From Candidatus Curtissbacteria bacterium RIFOXYA1_FULL_41_14 (lineage in GTDB: Bacteria; Patescibacteriota; Microgenomatia; Curtissbacterales; GWA2-41-24), in NCBI GenBank assembly GCA_001775095.1, contig MFCA01000029.1, positions 55,975 through 119,974 on the forward strand: DNA of 64,000 nucleotides, in the 5' to 3' direction. Every line of letters starts with the position of its first letter. The stretch's first letter is position 1. A program made the position numbers and the translations under genes. The notes under the pieces were generated by a model. The model ran no database searches. It saw only the letters and a list, made by a program, of their open reading frames with translations, and was not told the DNA's origin. Below are positions 45,307-55,297 of this stretch, piece by piece.

Positions 45307-46869
45307 TTATTGAAAAATTCTCTTCCTAAAAGCTACCAATATTAGCGAGACAAGAGTGGAAGTTAAAGTGGAAAAATTTGCGATTTTTCTAACTGGTGAT
45401 TCTTCAAAGAAAACATCTACAGATCTTTTGCCGGGTGCAAGGTTGAAACTGATTAATCCGTCTTCCTGATAAAAACTGTGTTTTTTACCATCGACCTTTA
45501 CGTTCCATCCCGGGAAATATAATTTCCTTACGATTAAATTGTCGTCTTGATTTAATTTCGCATCGAAGGAAATTCGATAAGGATTACTTTTTACATTCAT
45601 AATCTCTACTTGATTTGAATGATCAATTAGAGGTCTTTGGCTGTATGTTTTATTATTAGTCCAAATAGTGTCAAATTCGTTTTGAGTAGTGAGGGTTGGT
45701 GTTGGAATGCTGTGGACTACTTGATTTGGCTTGATGAAGTAATGGCGAGAGGTGTAAATTGCCAAGGCGATTATAAAAATAGCAAGTAATTTTTTATGTT
45801 TCACTTTATTTATTAGGTGAACGCTTAAGAATGCTGATGAGATGAGCGCAATTGAAAGAAATCTCCACGGGTAAAGCACGTAGTCAAGAGGTTTAATGTT
45901 TTCCCAAAGCAGTCTTGATGACGGATGGATTAAAAAGATCGAGACTAAAAAAACAGAAATAAGCAGAGTTGTGTCAGTATTTCTCTTTTTAATCCATAAT
46001 GCCAAGCTAAATACAAAAATTATTGAGGACGTTATCCCAATTTGAAAGGGTGTACCAATATTCACTCCTTCCCCGGGTATTCTTAAGATCTGGAATATGT
46101 TCAAGAAATGACCTTTATAAAGTTCCAGCAAGTTCTGGTCAAATTTTAAGAAATTTTTTTCAAATACTGCCGGCATCCACTGAAAAGAAGACATTAAGAT
46201 TCCCAAGAGCACTGAGAGGATTATTATTTTAATTGTTTTTATTCCTGGCTTCATAATAAATACAAAGTATAGAAAGTAAAATGGTATAAAGATAAAAAAG
46301 ATTACCGGGTGAGAAGTTACAAGTCCGAACGTCGCAATTGCCAATAAAAAAAATCCAATACCTTTATTCTTAATAATTAGGTGAAGGGAAAATAAGAACA
46401 TAACAGAAAATAATACGGCTGTTGATTCTCCAAGTGATGCTCTGGAATAAAGATTAGCGAATCTATAAGGAAGATAGCTGAAAACTAAGGCTCCTGTTAA
46501 ACTTGCAATGTTTGATGAGATATTTTTGAACAGGAAAAAAGCGAAAATACCGCTTAACAAAAAAGTAACCGATAAAACTGATTTAAAAGCTAAAGTCGAA
46601 TTATTACTTATTTGCATAAAAATTTCTGCAAGATAATACGGTAGCTGATAATTGACAACAAACAAGGGGTAGCCAATACCGTTTAAAATCGTTGGGGCGA
46701 GTCTGGGAGGAACTTGGCCAAGATCAATACTTTGATGAAACTGGTCAATTCTCGCTATATGATATAGTCCATCATGGCTTGGAAAGATTGGGCTAGCAAG
46801 TAAAAGATATTGCGATGGGAGAAGGAGAATTAAAAATATTATTAAATATTTGAATGTTTTTAGGTCCAT
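45307..46869 (-). CDS. polytopic membrane glycosyltransferase-like protein with YfhO-like C-terminal domain
   Basis: Loop SHDGLYHIARIDQF...GIGYPLFVVNYQLPYYL. C-terminal extracytoplasmic region with YFPGWNVKVDGK motif. Confidence 0.4.
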   Translation of the reverse strand: MDLKTFKYLIIFLILLLPSQYLLLASPIFPSHDGLYHIARIDQFHQSIDLGQVPPRLAPTILNGIGYPLFVVNYQLPYYLAEIFMQISNNSTLAFKSVLSVTFLLSGIFAFFLFKNISSNIASLTGALVFSYLPYRFANLYSRASLGESTAVLFSVMFLFSLHLIIKNKGIGFFLLAIATFGLVTSHPVIFFIFIPFYFLYFVFIMKPGIKTIKIIILSVLLGILMSSFQWMPAVFEKNFLKFDQNLLELYKGHFLNIFQILRIPGEGVNIGTPFQIGITSSIIFVFSLALWIKKRNTDTTLLISVFLVSIFLIHPSSRLLWENIKPLDYVLYPWRFLSIALISSAFLSVHLINKVKHKKLLAIFIIALAIYTSRHYFIKPNQVVHSIPTPTLTTQNEFDTIWTNNKTYSQRPLIDHSNQVEIMNVKSNPYRISFDAKLNQDDNLIVRKLYFPGWNVKVDGKKHSFYQEDGLISFNLAPGKRSVDVFFEESPVRKIANFSTLTSTLVSLILVAFRKRIFQ

Positions 46870-48314
46870 TGTTATTTGCTAGAATGATAAAAGATAAAAT
46901 GACGACTTACAAGAACAAAACAGATTCCCATGTTCTTGAGGCCGTGATTCTTTCTCCATTGCTTAAGATTTACCACGTAAAACCTGGAATAAATTATTTA
47001 TTAACAGCGATTTTTTTACTTATGGGTATTTTAAACCCCGTAAATAACAACTCAGTTGATCTGTCTATAGGCTTTTTTACCTTTGGATTCGCATCCTTTC
47101 TTATTCTAGATTTTAAATTCAAACCTTGGTCTGTAATTCTATTTTCGGTAAGTGGATCAATGATTTTTTGGCTAATAAAAGATTTCAATTATTTAACTTT
47201 TTTGTCCTCAACTTGCGGAATTCTAGCCGCTTTTTTAATTAATAGATTTAGATTGGTCAATTTTGCAATCTGGGTTTTGATTATTTCCTTTTTATTGGCC
47301 TCTTGGTTTACCAGTAAAAACTTAAGAACTATTCTGGACAGCGATTTATCTGGATATGCTTACAACAATGATCCAGGAACTTTTTTAAAAACTTATTTTT
47401 TGATTGAGCGGAATGTAAATTATTATGATGCCTACCAACAAGCTTTTCTTGGAAGATTTGGCTCAAGTATCATACCTTCAGATATTTGGGGATGGCGATT
47501 GCCAACGAGTTTCATGTTGTGGAAGTTTTTACCAGGCTCCTCAGCTCTCTCGATTTATTATCTTTATTTAATGCTGGCTGCGAGTGTTCTTTACGTCTCT
47601 TTCAAAATCGGGAGTCACTACTTGGGATCCATCTCTGGTTTACTTTCTAGTTATCTTATATTTCCTTATTTGCATTATGGAGCAAGAGACATAATGTTTT
47701 TAATCACCGAGTGGTGGTCTATCTCATTCTTTATCTTAGGAATATATTTTTTGATTTATAGAAAACTTTTTCTTGCCATACTTTTATTTTCATTAACCTT
47801 AATGACAAGAGAAATTTATATATTACCACTAGGTCTGATGTTTATTTACGCATTCTTACTTAAAAGAAGAATTGTTCCAGTATTTGCAATACCAATAGCT
47901 GCCTTTTCATTGTTATTTTTCTATCACATTTCGCGAGTAAATCTATATATTGATGCTTGGCAAACATTATTTACACCAAGAACCGTAACTGATGGATTAT
48001 TTTTTATACAGCAAACTTTGGCTTTTGCATCGGGGGAATATTTGTTTTACTATTTCAGACCATTCTCTATTTTTCTTTTATTTGCGATTGTTAGCTCTTT
48101 AATTCTGACTAGGATGAGGGGTTTTAGAGAAAACGGAGTAATCTGGATTCTTGCGTATTTACCCTTCCCTGTCTCTTATTTAAGATTTGGTACATTACCC
48201 TTCAACGATTATTGGGGAATTATGTATGTTCCGCTCGTAATCATCTTGACACCCGTTTCTTTGATGTTTTTTGAGAATCGGCGATTAGGAAAAGATTCTA
48301 CCCAGGGTGATTAA
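46854..48314 (+). CDS. polytopic membrane protein, unknown family
   Basis: About 12 TM helices, plus strand. Start uncertain. Confidence 0.3.
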   Translation: MFLGPLLFARMIKDKMTTYKNKTDSHVLEAVILSPLLKIYHVKPGINYLLTAIFLLMGILNPVNNNSVDLSIGFFTFGFASFLILDFKFKPWSVILFSVSGSMIFWLIKDFNYLTFLSSTCGILAAFLINRFRLVNFAIWVLIISFLLASWFTSKNLRTILDSDLSGYAYNNDPGTFLKTYFLIERNVNYYDAYQQAFLGRFGSSIIPSDIWGWRLPTSFMLWKFLPGSSALSIYYLYLMLAASVLYVSFKIGSHYLGSISGLLSSYLIFPYLHYGARDIMFLITEWWSISFFILGIYFLIYRKLFLAILLFSLTLMTREIYILPLGLMFIYAFLLKRRIVPVFAIPIAAFSLLFFYHISRVNLYIDAWQTLFTPRTVTDGLFFIQQTLAFASGEYLFYYFRPFSIFLLFAIVSSLILTRMRGFRENGVIWILAYLPFPVSYLRFGTLPFNDYWGIMYVPLVIILTPVSLMFFENRRLGKDSTQGD

Positions 48315-48986
48315 CTCAATTCCATTGACATATTTCGAATTTTTACTAAGTCGAAAAGGAAAATGGTTAGAGATTTTGTTCGCATAATCATCATTTGACA
48401 GCGCATATTTAAGCTCGGCTATAACAATGTTCCTGGAAGGTTCGCTCTTTTGGAAAAATGGGCTCAAGTGGGATAATAAACAATAATACTCAACTTCGGA
48501 ATCCTGAGTGATTCTGAAATTTGAATCTGCAGATACAAAATAACGACGCTTGTATCTATTGATAAGAACTGGAGACAAGACCGACAGCCCGGCTTTGACT
48601 TCTATGGGTATATTGGATCTTGCGAAAAGATCTTGCAGGTTTTCCTTTTTGAAGATTCTTTCGATATTAAACGATTTAAGTGGAAATGATAATTTTTTAT
48701 TGGCAAAACTTTTTTTAATTTTAATTTCCAGCATCGGTTTTTTTATAAGTCCTGTTAATTCCCCGTACCAACGTATTCTTATTTTGATTCGGTTATTATT
48801 GCCAAGTACAGCATCGTTATAATTATTTAGGTTTAAGGTGTCCAGATATAAACTGTTTACGTGGCGAGAAACAAAAGATTCTGAAAACATAGCAGGATGA
48901 AGTGTTATTATTGTCTCAACCTGCTTTTGAGTAAGATTATTTGCAAGAAATTTTCTTTCGTATCTATACTTAGAATCAAAATTCAT
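48285..48986 (-). CDS. VTC-domain (CYTH-like, polyphosphate-polymerase-domain) protein
   Basis: N-terminus YRYERKFL and size (~233 aa) typical of bacterial VTC-domain proteins. Lies in a cassette with DUF4956 and CotH genes. Confidence 0.5.
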   Translation of the reverse strand: MNFDSKYRYERKFLANNLTQKQVETIITLHPAMFSESFVSRHVNSLYLDTLNLNNYNDAVLGNNNRIKIRIRWYGELTGLIKKPMLEIKIKKSFANKKLSFPLKSFNIERIFKKENLQDLFARSNIPIEVKAGLSVLSPVLINRYKRRYFVSADSNFRITQDSEVEYYCLLSHLSPFFQKSEPSRNIVIAELKYALSNDDYANKISNHFPFRLSKNSKYVNGIELITLGRIFS

Positions 48987-49007
48987 TTCACATATCTGGC
49001 TTGTTAG

Positions 49008-50114
49008 TTATTTTCTTCTTGCTACAAAAGCAAAAACAAACACTGCCAAAAATAAGCCTGTCAAAAATCCGTACCAGTAACTATTATCTTTAAGTGCGGA
49101 ACTAATTACTGTTTTTGCTTGTAAAATATAGTTTCTATTATTTAACTCTTCAATATTTTTAAGATTATAAAACTCCAGATCTCTTAAATTATTTTTTTCA
49201 TTTAATGGGATTAGTTTGAAAGATACGTTGCCATTTTCTACATTTACCAGAATATAATTTTCGTCTTTAATTTCGCCCATTCCGGAGGAAATAAGGTTTA
49301 TGTTATCCAATTTTTCATAAAATGCTGGAATAGAATCAGGACGACCTCCCGTATCACCGGCTATGACATAAATATTCTTTGAATGATATTGTTGAAGTAG
49401 GGGAAAAATCTCTTCCCAGAAATTAGAATTTTCAAGTTCAGACCAGCCATACCTTGACCTGTTATTGGCAAATACTTGCCTATACTTTGGATTTTTGTTC
49501 CATAGAAGCTCATGAAAAAGGATGAATATGTTTTTTGGATTTTCACCGCTTTCTAGATTTTGCTTCAAAAAGTCCAGCTGATCTTGGTCAATCTTTAACT
49601 TATCTTTTTGGCTGTCGAGAATTATAAACCTCTCTGAACCGATATCGAATTTATAAAAAGTGGCGCCGAATTTTTGGTGCAAAAAATTGCTGCCGTAGTC
49701 TGAATTGTCGTGGTTGCCCAATGCAAAGTAAGCTAAAAGACCCAGCTTGTCGGTTTCTTCCTGCGCTTTTTGCCAGGCTTTTTCACTTGCAGGGGCTCTG
49801 AGAGCATCTCCTGTAAAAATCACAAATGCGATTTCCTTTTTTCCCAAAACATTAGATAGGTTATTCAAAAATTTTGGATATATGCCTAGGTTATTTCCGC
49901 TGTGAGATCCGTAAGCGTGGCCGGCAACGATAAAGGAGTATTTTTGGGGATCTACGGAAGGATTTGGAGACATTTGGGCAAGCGTTTGTCCTTGACATGT
50001 TACAAGGACAGTAAGAAGAGCGACGGAAAATATAAGAAGTAGCCTACTCAGTTTCATCGGGATATAATTTGATAAACACATTTTTCCCCTCCGCAGGTAT
50101 TTCTTTATAGTCAA
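49008..50114 (-). CDS. calcineurin-like metallophosphoesterase, secreted/membrane-anchored (true start probably MKLSRLL near 50054)
   Basis: FIVAGHAYGSH, FTGDA, ALGNHD phosphoesterase motifs. Signal peptide and C-terminal TM helix. Confidence 0.7.
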   Translation of the reverse strand: MTIKKYLRRGKMCLSNYIPMKLSRLLLIFSVALLTVLVTCQGQTLAQMSPNPSVDPQKYSFIVAGHAYGSHSGNNLGIYPKFLNNLSNVLGKKEIAFVIFTGDALRAPASEKAWQKAQEETDKLGLLAYFALGNHDNSDYGSNFLHQKFGATFYKFDIGSERFIILDSQKDKLKIDQDQLDFLKQNLESGENPKNIFILFHELLWNKNPKYRQVFANNRSRYGWSELENSNFWEEIFPLLQQYHSKNIYVIAGDTGGRPDSIPAFYEKLDNINLISSGMGEIKDENYILVNVENGNVSFKLIPLNEKNNLRDLEFYNLKNIEELNNRNYILQAKTVISSALKDNSYWYGFLTGLFLAVFVFAFVARRK

Positions 50115-52626
50115 CGTTTAGCGTAGAACCCTCCTCGACCAGATAAGGTGTAGAGGCGAAATTGTCCTTGAGGCCGGTCACGACCATGTGGGCCGTGCCG
50201 AACTGGAGTTTCTTCTGATAAACCGTAAGTCCCCAATCGGCACTTTTGATATTAATTCCCTTTACGTTAACGGTCGAGTTGTCCTTGGCGGCTATTCCTA
50301 TATAGGCTTTATTAATTTCGATTTCTTCACCTTGTACTCGGCTATTTTCCCCAACGCTAATGCCTTTGTCGCCGGCGTTTCTGATCTTTACCGCATTCAC
50401 GTTAACGTTACCTTCGGAAAAATCCATCGCATCGCCCGCGGTATTGGTGAATATGCTTTGGGAAATGGTGCCGCTTGCAAAATCCGTGTCGATTGCATCC
50501 GATGACGTATCGGTAAAGGCGGACCCGACAATTTCAAAATCGGACCTTATGATATTTAACGTGTCCTCGGAATTGTTACTTTTAAACAAACATTGATTTA
50601 TATAGACGGGAGACTGATAAAAAGTAACTGCACCCGTCAGTTCCCATCCGTTTTCCTTCGGATTTGTGAGATTTTCGAATACGACGTTTTCAAGATGCGA
50701 TTCGTTTTGCGCGTTTATCACTACTATCCCCTGCCCACTTTGATTCCCTGAACGGATAAAAATAGGTGACTGCTCCGACCCCTTAAACTGAAGGGGCGAG
50801 TAAGAGATGATTTTTGCTCCATTTGTTAAATTGACTGTTGTTTCTTCCGATAGTTCAAAAGTGTAGCCGCTGGGGATAATCAGGTTGCGGTCCAAATTCC
50901 AGGTTCCCCTTCTTGCGATAATTGTTTTTGAAGGATTATCGACAAATAAATTATCAAACTCTGCTACATTCGGGCCTTGAGACATCACGCGGTTTTGAAA
51001 AACCTCAGGAAAGAATGAGTAGGACGCCACGTCTGCTTCCTTTGGCGATTGAATACCTAAAATTTTGTAGTAAATCTTAGGGATAGTAATTTCTTCCTGT
51101 CTGGTACCCGTATTACCTCTTATAAAATCAAAAGTCTGATACTGGACTGTATTGTCGGGATTTCTCTCAGATAAGATAATTTTTTGTGTACCTTTGTAAG
51201 TACCGCCTTTGTATGAGACTTCCTCGACTTCTATCGGAAAAGGATAGAGACTACCGATGTCAATTTTCAGACCGTTTGTGTTTTCTTCCCTGAAATAGGC
51301 GTGAAGTGCTTTGGGCGGATTGAGAGAATCCTGGATATATTTCTGGTTTGTAAACAAACTGGCCTCCCTGAACTCGGATGCGGGAAACTCGCTATAGATG
51401 ATGTTTAAATTTTTCCCAAGATCGCTTTTCAAATCACCCAGCATTTTGTCGAAATAGTCGTCGCTCGCGTAAGAATTCAGATATTGAACATATCTTCTTA
51501 AAAATTCCGGGTCTTTAAAAAATAGCGATGTAAACCTTTTTTCGCGGTCGAAACCTTCGTTTACCCACCAGTTGCCTACGCGGGCGCTTTCATCCGAGAA
51601 CCTGTTAATCTCGGCAGAATATACTTCAAGTTTGTCTGTTATCGGATTGTAGTAGAATTTGACGTCGTTTGGATCAAATTCCAAAGAGGCAAACAAGGCC
51701 CTCAGTGCGAAAAATTTGCTAATGCTGTCAATGTCAAATGCCTGACTGACGCTTACCTTGCCGGCACGGAAGTCTTCCAAAAGTTTAATGGCCAAAACCG
51801 AGATCGGTTCGACGGCCTCAAAATTACTTGGTATAACCTCACTTTGCATTTCCTTGAATCCCCCGGTCATTCCCGTTGAGAAAATTTCTTGTCTCGTGTT
51901 TCCTCTTGCCCACTCTTCCAAAACCAGACTCTTGTCAAAACCGATTAAAGCCCCTTCCCTTCTTTTGTTATTTTCTACAAGAGCTTTGCTAAAATCTTCC
52001 TCTAAAACATAAATACCGTGATTCCTTCCGTTGATGGCCACTTTGACGAATTCAACTCTCGGGAATAGGAAGCCCTCCTTTTCCAATGCTTTGGCATAAA
52101 GCCATTCGTAAATATAATTTCTGGTTTTGGGGTGCATTATGGAAAAATCAGTCATACCCAAAATACTTTTTTGATTGGAGATTCTCATTTTTAAAGACCA
52201 TTTTTTATCGTCGTCCCAATGGTCAAATCCAGCTCCTTTGAGTCTTAATTTAATGTCATAGCTTTGTCCGTTGTAAGTAAGTTTTGCCGGCAAAAATTCG
52301 GTGTTTTGCTCAAGCAAGACACCGGCATTTACCGCTCTTTGTCTCTGGTCGGAAATCTTCTGATAATTGGTCCAATTAATGTCGATAGACAGTTCTTTTG
52401 GTTTTGCAAAAATGATGCCAGCAAGGTGCCTTTGTTGTTCAAGGGTAAATGTTTTAAGTTCGCTTAAATAGGGTCTTATTGGATCTGGCTTGATCAGAAT
52501 AACTAAAAAAAGAGACATCAGGGCAAGTATTAACGTAAAACCAATAATTTTAGCTTTTTTTTTCTTAAATAAACCAGTTTGTAAGAGGAAGAAATTCTCT
52601 TTCTTTGTTTCGGTTTTTATAAGCAT
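50044..52626 (-). CDS. CotH-family atypical kinase-like protein fused to C-terminal parallel beta-helix domain, N-terminal membrane anchor
   Basis: KKKKAKIIGFTLILALMSLFLVILI anchor. CotH-like region YDIKLRLKGAGFDHWDDDKKWSLKMR. C-terminal NxxGD/beta-helix-like repeats. 860 aa. Confidence 0.65.
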   Translation of the reverse strand: MLIKTETKKENFFLLQTGLFKKKKAKIIGFTLILALMSLFLVILIKPDPIRPYLSELKTFTLEQQRHLAGIIFAKPKELSIDINWTNYQKISDQRQRAVNAGVLLEQNTEFLPAKLTYNGQSYDIKLRLKGAGFDHWDDDKKWSLKMRISNQKSILGMTDFSIMHPKTRNYIYEWLYAKALEKEGFLFPRVEFVKVAINGRNHGIYVLEEDFSKALVENNKRREGALIGFDKSLVLEEWARGNTRQEIFSTGMTGGFKEMQSEVIPSNFEAVEPISVLAIKLLEDFRAGKVSVSQAFDIDSISKFFALRALFASLEFDPNDVKFYYNPITDKLEVYSAEINRFSDESARVGNWWVNEGFDREKRFTSLFFKDPEFLRRYVQYLNSYASDDYFDKMLGDLKSDLGKNLNIIYSEFPASEFREASLFTNQKYIQDSLNPPKALHAYFREENTNGLKIDIGSLYPFPIEVEEVSYKGGTYKGTQKIILSERNPDNTVQYQTFDFIRGNTGTRQEEITIPKIYYKILGIQSPKEADVASYSFFPEVFQNRVMSQGPNVAEFDNLFVDNPSKTIIARRGTWNLDRNLIIPSGYTFELSEETTVNLTNGAKIISYSPLQFKGSEQSPIFIRSGNQSGQGIVVINAQNESHLENVVFENLTNPKENGWELTGAVTFYQSPVYINQCLFKSNNSEDTLNIIRSDFEIVGSAFTDTSSDAIDTDFASGTISQSIFTNTAGDAMDFSEGNVNVNAVKIRNAGDKGISVGENSRVQGEEIEINKAYIGIAAKDNSTVNVKGINIKSADWGLTVYQKKLQFGTAHMVVTGLKDNFASTPYLVEEGSTLNVDYKEIPAEGKNVFIKLYPDETE

Positions 52627-53310
52627 TTAGAAAATACCTTTATTGTCCAGGAAGGAAATGCTGATATTTTTATCTAATTGACGCAGAGAAGATTTTGCTT
52701 TTTCAAGCTGGCCCAAGTTTTCTATCTCCAGGTTAAAAACAGCTTTCAATCCATCCGTACTTTCATCAAACCTTCTTAGATCAACTTTTGAGCTGGACTG
52801 TTTCAAAACAGCGATAATTTTTGACAGGTCGATTTTTTCCGATTTATTAGTCGATATCACCAGGTTAAGATTTTGGTTCTCAGAAGACTCGCGCTTAAAA
52901 TTTAGAATTAGTATCACCACGGTGATAAGCACAAACGCAACTAGTGTAATTTTTAACTGGTCTGCCCCCAAACCTAGGCCTATGCCAATTGTAAGGAATA
53001 AATAGGCTAATTCCTCCGGTTCTTTAATAGCAGCCCTGAACCTGACTATTGAAAGAGCACCTACCAAGCCTAGCGAGAGGGCAAGTGATGATTTTACCAC
53101 CGTAATAATTAGCGTTGTAGTCACCGCTAAAAGAACAAAATTTCTGGCAAATGTTTGTCTATTGGAAAGCGATTTCCCGTATTTTGTGTAAATAAGGCTC
53201 AAAATATAACCGAGAATTGCCGCTAGAATTAAATTAACTAAAAAGTTCAAAATTGGAATTTGAATATTCTGATTTGACAGGAAGTTTTGGATTAAAGTTT
53301 GCTGGTCCAT
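52627..53310 (-). CDS. DUF4956-family membrane protein
   Basis: Four TM helices with LGLVGALSIVRFRAAIKEPEELAYLFLTIGIGLGLGA signature of DUF4956. 227 aa. Confidence 0.6.
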   Translation of the reverse strand: MDQQTLIQNFLSNQNIQIPILNFLVNLILAAILGYILSLIYTKYGKSLSNRQTFARNFVLLAVTTTLIITVVKSSLALSLGLVGALSIVRFRAAIKEPEELAYLFLTIGIGLGLGADQLKITLVAFVLITVVILILNFKRESSENQNLNLVISTNKSEKIDLSKIIAVLKQSSSKVDLRRFDESTDGLKAVFNLEIENLGQLEKAKSSLRQLDKNISISFLDNKGIF

Positions 53311-53413
53311 ACAATTGATTTACAATTTAGATTTATACAGAAAATCCGGCAGCTTGTCAAAAAGAACATCTTCCTGGTTTTTAATTTATGTAAAAGATTG
53401 AGAAATTACTGGC

Positions 53414-54166
53414 TTGTATCATAAAATAGACCTGATGAATAAGCCAGATATTTCGATAATTCTTCCCTGCTACAATGAGGGGTATTCCCTTGAGGAAAAT
53501 GCTGAAAAAATCGTTAGGGAGCTTAAAAAATTAAAAAGATCTTGGGAGTTAATTTTTGTTGAAGATAAAAGTACCGACCAAACTAAGGCGAACGTGGAAA
53601 AATTAGTCAAGAAGACAAGAAATTCTTCCGCAATCTTCCATAGCAAGAATCGGGGACGCGGAAAGTCGGCCGCAGATGGAATTTTGAAGGCAAAGGGCAA
53701 GATTTGTGGTTTTTTGGATGTTGATCTGGAAGTTGCTCCGCATTATATTCCTCTTTTTATCCACGAAATTGAAAATGGTGCTGATATGGTTATTGGTAGA
53801 AGATTTTATGAGGGAGGATTTAGGTCACTTGCTAGATATTTAGCATCAAAAACTTACGCACTAGTAGTCAAAATTTTTCTCAAAATTCCCATTGAAGACA
53901 CTGAAGCTGGATATAAATTTTTTACCAGATCTAAAATATTGCCGATTTTATCAAAAGTCCAAGACAAACATTGGTTCTGGGATACGGAAATCTGTGCTAG
54001 GGCTTTCTGGGTAGGACTGGAAATCAGCGAAATTCCGGTTCTATTTATAAGAAAACATGAGAAAAGATCGACAGTTAAATTAATTCCAGATACTTGGGAC
54101 TATTTAATAAAGGTACTCAAATTTCGATCGCAAGTACCTAAACTACACTCGCAACAATTAGACTAA
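53414..54166 (+). CDS. GT2 polyprenyl-phosphate sugar synthase-like (probable start MNKPDISIIL at 53438)
   Basis: ISIILPCYNE...FVEDKSTDQT...FLDVDLE. Confidence 0.7.
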   Translation: MYHKIDLMNKPDISIILPCYNEGYSLEENAEKIVRELKKLKRSWELIFVEDKSTDQTKANVEKLVKKTRNSSAIFHSKNRGRGKSAADGILKAKGKICGFLDVDLEVAPHYIPLFIHEIENGADMVIGRRFYEGGFRSLARYLASKTYALVVKIFLKIPIEDTEAGYKFFTRSKILPILSKVQDKHWFWDTEICARAFWVGLEISEIPVLFIRKHEKRSTVKLIPDTWDYLIKVLKFRSQVPKLHSQQLD

Positions 54167-54169
54167 TAC

Positions 54170-55297
54170 ATGATGAATCAATTTACGATTCCACTTCATA
54201 AACCATTTTGGGGTAAAGAAGAAGAAAAAGCCGCAATCCTGGCGATGAGGAGTGGGATCGGGATTGGTGGTTTATCATACAGCGACCTGCTGACAGAAGC
54301 TTTGTCCGACAAACTTTCTGTCAGGTATGTTCTTCCAACCGCATCAGGAACAGCGGCCTTGGAACTTGCTTGCGCTTGTTTGCTGAGACGTGGCCACGAA
54401 GTAATTTTACCCAGTTTTACTTTTTCATCTTGTGCAAATGCAATAATGCTTTCGGGGGCAAAACCGATATTTTGTGATATTGATATCAATACCTACAACA
54501 TTGACCCTACTGAAACTGAAAAACATATAACTTCAAAAACAAGGGCCATTATGGTTATTCATTATGCTGGTCTTGCCTGTGATATGGAGAAAATGACTGC
54601 AATGGCTAAAAAACATAACCTCTTAATAATTGAGGACGCTGCTCACGCACTTGGTTCAAAATTTAAAGGACAATTTTTAGGTACCATTGGCGATATTGGC
54701 TGTTTTTCTTTTCATGGAACAAAAAATGCGGCAAGTGGAGAAGGTGGTGTTTTTGTGACTAACAATAAAGAGGTGTATAAACTTGCTGAAATTATTCGCG
54801 AAAAGGGCACGGACAGATCCTCTTTTATGCGCGGGGAAAGAAAAAAATATTCCTGGGTTAAGGTCGGCAGAAGTTTAGTCCTTTCGGATATTCTGTCAGC
54901 TATTGCTCTTGAGCAAGTTAAAAAACTTGAAAAAATCACTCACCTTAGAAAACGCAACGCCAAATATCTTCTAAAAAAACTTGAGAGATTGTCTTCCAAA
55001 ATTATTTTACCTAAGGAAATCGAATATTGTGATACCTGTTGGCATATATTTGCAATTAGAGTCCCGAAGCTTTCCCGTGATAAAGTAATTGAAGGGCTGA
55101 GATCTTATGGCATTGAAGCCTCATTTCACTATTTACCATTACACACGAGTGTGATGGGTAAAAAATTGGGATATAAAGCCCGAGATTTACCTGTGACTGA
55201 AGAAGTTGCAACCACTTTGATTCGTTTACCGATGTACCCACAGCTTAAAAAATCTGAACTGGACTACATGGTTGCATCTCTTGAAAAAATTCTATAA
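54170..55297 (+). CDS. DegT/DnrJ/EryC1/StrS-family PLP-dependent sugar aminotransferase
   Basis: TASGTAALELA...EDAAHALGS...FSFHGTKN (Schiff-base Lys region). Confidence 0.85.
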   Translation: MMNQFTIPLHKPFWGKEEEKAAILAMRSGIGIGGLSYSDLLTEALSDKLSVRYVLPTASGTAALELACACLLRRGHEVILPSFTFSSCANAIMLSGAKPIFCDIDINTYNIDPTETEKHITSKTRAIMVIHYAGLACDMEKMTAMAKKHNLLIIEDAAHALGSKFKGQFLGTIGDIGCFSFHGTKNAASGEGGVFVTNNKEVYKLAEIIREKGTDRSSFMRGERKKYSWVKVGRSLVLSDILSAIALEQVKKLEKITHLRKRNAKYLLKKLERLSSKIILPKEIEYCDTCWHIFAIRVPKLSRDKVIEGLRSYGIEASFHYLPLHTSVMGKKLGYKARDLPVTEEVATTLIRLPMYPQLKKSELDYMVASLEKIL

